The notes beneath the pieces are model-generated. The model was not told the DNA's origin and did not search any database. It was given only the letters and a program-made list of their open reading frames with translations. Positions 17,092-19,983 of a stretch of 19,983 bases of DNA are shown here, one piece after another. Each line of letters begins with the position of its first letter. Position 1 is the stretch's first letter. The position numbers and the translations under genes are program-made. The stretch lies in the IMG/VR virus record IMGVR_UViG_2703718843_000007; one strand, 5' to 3'. This stretch comes from a virus (lineage: Duplodnaviria; Heunggongvirae; Uroviricota; Caudoviricetes).

Positions 17092-17259
17092 ATGCACTTC
17101 CGAGTCACAGGTGAATGGAATGGAGAACCATTCAACAGAGTTATCGAAGCAGAGAACATCAATGACTGCTATGACCACTGGATGATATGGGCGCAGATAG
17201 CACATGCAGACATAACCAATATTCGAATTGAAGAACTGAAAGAACACCAAGCCGCCTGA
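17092..17259 (+). CDS. Lambda orf55-like small protein
   Basis: 55 aa MHFRVTGEWNGEPFNRVIEAENINDCYDHWMIWAQIAHADITNIRIEELKEHQAA; GGAGA RBS; translated by hand (below ORF-track cutoff). Confidence 0.65.
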   Translation: MHFRVTGEWNGEPFNRVIEAENINDCYDHWMIWAQIAHADITNIRIEELKEHQAA

Positions 17260-17274
17260 TGGCGGTTTTTTCTT
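17251..17274 (+). terminator. Terminator-like hairpin between orf55 and xis (tL-type)
   Basis: GCCGCC-TGAT-GGCGG followed by TTTTTTCTT; overlaps the orf55 stop codon. Confidence 0.45.
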
Positions 17275-17298
17275 GCGTGTAATTGCGGAGACTTTGCG

Positions 17299-17517
17299 AT
17301 GTACTTGACACTTCAGGAGTGGAACGCTCGCCAGCGACGCCCAAGAAGCCTTGAAACAGTTCGTCGATGGGTGCGCGAATGCAGGATATTCCCTCCTCCG
17401 GTTAAGGATGGAAGAGAATATCTGTTCCACGAATCAGCGGTAAAGGTTGACTTAAATCGACCAGTAACAGGTAGCCTTTTGAAGAGGATCAGAAATGGGA
17501 AGAAGGCGAAGTCATGA
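17299..17517 (+). CDS. xis: Excisionase Xis (lambda type)
   Basis: 72 aa MYLTLQEWNARQRRPRSLETVRRWVRECRIFPPPVKDGREYLFHESAVKVDLNRPVTGSLLKRIRNGKKAKS. Confidence 0.95.
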   Translation: MYLTLQEWNARQRRPRSLETVRRWVRECRIFPPPVKDGREYLFHESAVKVDLNRPVTGSLLKRIRNGKKAKS

Positions 17518-18565
17518 GCGCCGGGATTTACCCCCTAACCTTTATATAAGAAACAATGGATATTACTGCTACAGGGACCCAAGGACGGGTAAAGAGTTTG
17601 GATTAGGCCGAGACAGGCGAATCGCAATCACTGAAGCTATACAGGCCAACATTGAGTTATTTTCAGGACACAAACACAAGCCTCTGACAGCGAGAATCAA
17701 CAGTGATAATTCCGTTACGTTACATTCATGGCTTGATCGCTACGAAAAAATCCTGGCCAGCAGAGGAATCAAGCAGAAGACACTCATAAATTACATGAGC
17801 AAAATTAAAGCAATAAGGAGGGGTCTGCCTGATGCTCCACTTGAAGACATCACCACAAAAGAAATTGCGGCAATGCTCAATGGATACATAGACGAGGGAA
17901 AGGCGGCATCAGCCAAGTTAATCAGATCAACACTGAGCGATGCATTCCGAGAGGCTATGGCTGAAGGCCATATAACAACAAACCCGGTCGCAGCCACTCG
18001 CGCTGCAAAATCAGAGGTAAGGAGATCAAGACTTACGGCTGACGAATACCTGAAAATTTATCAAGCAGCAGAATCATCACCATGTTGGCTTAGACTTGCA
18101 ATGGAACTGGCTGTTGTTACCGGGCAGCGAGTTGGTGATTTATGCGAAATGAAGTGGTCTGATATCGTAGATGGATATCTTTATGTCGAGCAAAGCAAAA
18201 CAGGCGTAAAAATTGCCATCCCAACAACATTGCATGTTGATGCTCTCGGGATATCAATGAAGGAAACACTTGATAAATGCAAAAAGATTCTTGGCGGAGA
18301 AACCATAATTGCATCTACTCGTCGTGAACCGCTTTCATCCGGCACAGTATCAAGGTATTTTATGCGCGCACGAAAAGCATCAGGTCTCTCCTTCGAAGGG
18401 GATCCGCCAACCTTTCACGAGTTGCGCAGTTTGTCTGCAAGACTCTATGAGAAGCAGATAAGCGATAAATTTGCTCAACATCTTCTCGGGCATAAGTCGG
18501 ACACCATGGCATCACAGTATCGTGATGACAGAGGCAGGGAGTGGGACAAAATTGAAATCAAATAA
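17495..18565 (+). CDS. int: Tyrosine integrase Int (lambda type)
   Basis: 356 aa MGRRRSHERRDLPPNLYIRNNGYYCYRDPRTGKEFGLGRDRRIAITEAIQANIELFSGHKHKPLTARINSDN... with C-terminal catalytic region (HELRSLSARLYE...LLGHKSDTMASQY); start overlaps xis. Confidence 0.95.
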   Translation: MGRRRSHERRDLPPNLYIRNNGYYCYRDPRTGKEFGLGRDRRIAITEAIQANIELFSGHKHKPLTARINSDNSVTLHSWLDRYEKILASRGIKQKTLINYMSKIKAIRRGLPDAPLEDITTKEIAAMLNGYIDEGKAASAKLIRSTLSDAFREAMAEGHITTNPVAATRAAKSEVRRSRLTADEYLKIYQAAESSPCWLRLAMELAVVTGQRVGDLCEMKWSDIVDGYLYVEQSKTGVKIAIPTTLHVDALGISMKETLDKCKKILGGETIIASTRREPLSSGTVSRYFMRARKASGLSFEGDPPTFHELRSLSARLYEKQISDKFAQHLLGHKSDTMASQYRDDRGREWDKIEIK

Positions 18566-18660
18566 TGATTTTATTTTGACTGATAGTGACCTGTTCGTTG
18601 CAACAAATTGATAAGCAATGCTTTTTTATAATGCCAACTTAGTATAAAAAAGCAGGCTTC
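18566..18660. other. attL (B-O-P' junction) of the lambda attachment site: P' arm with Int arm-type sites, 15-bp core at 18639..18653, then bacterial B arm
   Basis: Reverse complement of 18600..18661 reads TGAAGCCTGC TTTTTTATACTAA GTTGGCATTATAAAAAAGCATTGCTTATCAATTTGTTG..., i.e. bacterial arm + core + P' arm; P' contains AGGTCACTAT and CAGTCAAAAT arm-type repeats. Confidence 0.85.
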
Positions 18661-18699
18661 AACGGATTCATTTTTCTATTTCATAGCCCGGAGCAACCT

Positions 18700-19983
18700 G
18701 TGAACACATTTTCAGTTTCCCGTCTGGCGCTGGCATTGGCTTTTGGCGTGACGCTGACCGCCTGTAGCTCAACCCCGCCCGATCAACGTCCTTCTGATCA
18801 AACCGCGCCTGGTACCTCTTCTCGCCCGATTCTGTCGGCAAAAGAAGCGCAGAATTTCGATGCTCAACACTATTTTGCATCCCTGACACCAGGTGCTGCA
18901 GCGTGGAATCCTTCCCCGATTACCCTGCCTGCGCAACCTGACTTTGTTGTCGGCCCGGCGGGCACTCAAGGTGTAACGCATACCACGATTCAGGCGGCGG
19001 TAGATGCGGCAATTATCAAGCGTACCAACAAGCGCCAGTATATTGCCGTGATGCCTGGTGAGTATCAGGGAACGGTATATGTCCCTGCCGCTCCGGGTGG
19101 AATTACTCTGTACGGTACAGGTGAAAAACCGATTGATGTGAAGATTGGGCTTTCCCTTGATGGTGGCATGAGCCCTGCCGACTGGCGTCACGACGTCAAC
19201 CCGCGCGGCAAATATATGCCAGGTAAACCAGCGTGGTATATGTACGATAGCTGCCAGAGCAAACGCAGCGACAGTATCGGTGTTCTCTGCTCTGCGGTCT
19301 TCTGGTCACAAAACAATGGCCTGCAACTGCAAAATCTGACCATCGAAAACACGCTGGGCGATAGCGTAGATGCAGGTAACCATCCGGCGGTGGCACTGCG
19401 TACTGATGGTGACCAGGTACAGATTAACAACGTTAACATTCTCGGTCGTCAGAACACCTTCTTTGTCACCAACAGCGGTGTGCAGAACCGTCTGGAAACA
19501 AATCGTCAGCCGCGTACGCTGGTGACCAACAGCTACATTGAAGGGGATGTGGATATCGTTTCTGGTCGCGGCGCAGTGGTGTTCGATAACACCGAATTCC
19601 GCGTGGTGAACTCACGTACTCAGCAAGAAGCGTATGTGTTTGCACCGGCTACGCTGTCCAACATTTACTACGGTTTCCTCGCCGTAAACAGCCGTTTCAA
19701 TGCTTTCGGTGATGGTGTGGCGCAACTGGGCCGCTCGCTGGATGTTGATGCCAATACCAACGGTCAGGTGGTGATCCGTGATAGCGCCATCAACGAAGGT
19801 TTTAACACGGCTAAACCGTGGGCCGATGCGGTGATCTCTAATCGTCCGTTTGCGGGTAATACCGGCAGCGTAGATGATAACGACGAAATACAGCGCAATC
19901 TGAATGACACTAACTACAACCGCATGTGGGAATACAATAACCGCGGCGTGGGTAGTAAAGTGGTTGCAGAGGCGAAGAAGTAA
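18700..19983 (+). CDS. ybhC: YbhC outer-membrane lipoprotein (pectinesterase-family fold, acyl-CoA thioesterase), chromosomal flank of attB-lambda
   Basis: 427 aa from GTG 18700 with GGAG RBS; MNTFSVSRLALALAFGVTLTACSSTPPDQRPSDQ... (lipobox LTAC); stop at window end. Confidence 0.9.
   Translation: MNTFSVSRLALALAFGVTLTACSSTPPDQRPSDQTAPGTSSRPILSAKEAQNFDAQHYFASLTPGAAAWNPSPITLPAQPDFVVGPAGTQGVTHTTIQAAVDAAIIKRTNKRQYIAVMPGEYQGTVYVPAAPGGITLYGTGEKPIDVKIGLSLDGGMSPADWRHDVNPRGKYMPGKPAWYMYDSCQSKRSDSIGVLCSAVFWSQNNGLQLQNLTIENTLGDSVDAGNHPAVALRTDGDQVQINNVNILGRQNTFFVTNSGVQNRLETNRQPRTLVTNSYIEGDVDIVSGRGAVVFDNTEFRVVNSRTQQEAYVFAPATLSNIYYGFLAVNSRFNAFGDGVAQLGRSLDVDANTNGQVVIRDSAINEGFNTAKPWADAVISNRPFAGNTGSVDDNDEIQRNLNDTNYNRMWEYNNRGVGSKVVAEAKK

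Noticed and set aside
17077-17430. 117-aa ORF on the minus strand
   Set aside because: Antisense to orf55 and xis and crosses a terminator hairpin; both sense genes match lambda proteins.
1-19983. CRISPR arrays, rRNA genes, complete tRNA genes
   Set aside because: No regularly spaced direct repeats, no rRNA-like sequence, and the only tRNA-like sequence is the 3' fragment at 2114..2175.

Overview
This window reads as a defective, rearranged lambdoid prophage integrated at the lambda attachment site, ending at an intact attL (core 18639..18653) immediately upstream of chromosomal ybhC. All calls rest on reading the sequence and the ORF track against remembered protein families; no searches were run. 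Left to right: an IS3-family element end inserted into a second transposase gene, an AT-rich AppY-like AraC regulator, a 62-nt 3' fragment of tRNA-Ser, and ~0.9 kb of AT-rich ORF-poor DNA. Then comes a DLP12/phage-21-like late module on the minus strand (Nu1 with foreign C-terminus, intact cos, ylcI, ybcW, ybcV, bor, Rz/Rz1, SAR endolysin, S21-type holin, an oppositely oriented NmpC/Lc porin, Q, ylcG, rusA, ybcO, ninE, ybcN), followed by a lambda early-left module on the plus strand (bet C-terminal fragment, exo, orf60a, orf63, orf61-region, orf73, ea22, ea8.5-like, orf55, xis, int). The immunity/replication region and the structural genes are absent. The best candidates for an undescribed system are the translationally coupled lipoprotein pair with a divergent small membrane protein sitting where the immunity region should be (10874..12680), and two AT-rich morons in the ea22-xis interval (15306..15920 and 16581..17009), the second with its own promoter, a perfect 12-bp palindrome at the start site, and a terminator.
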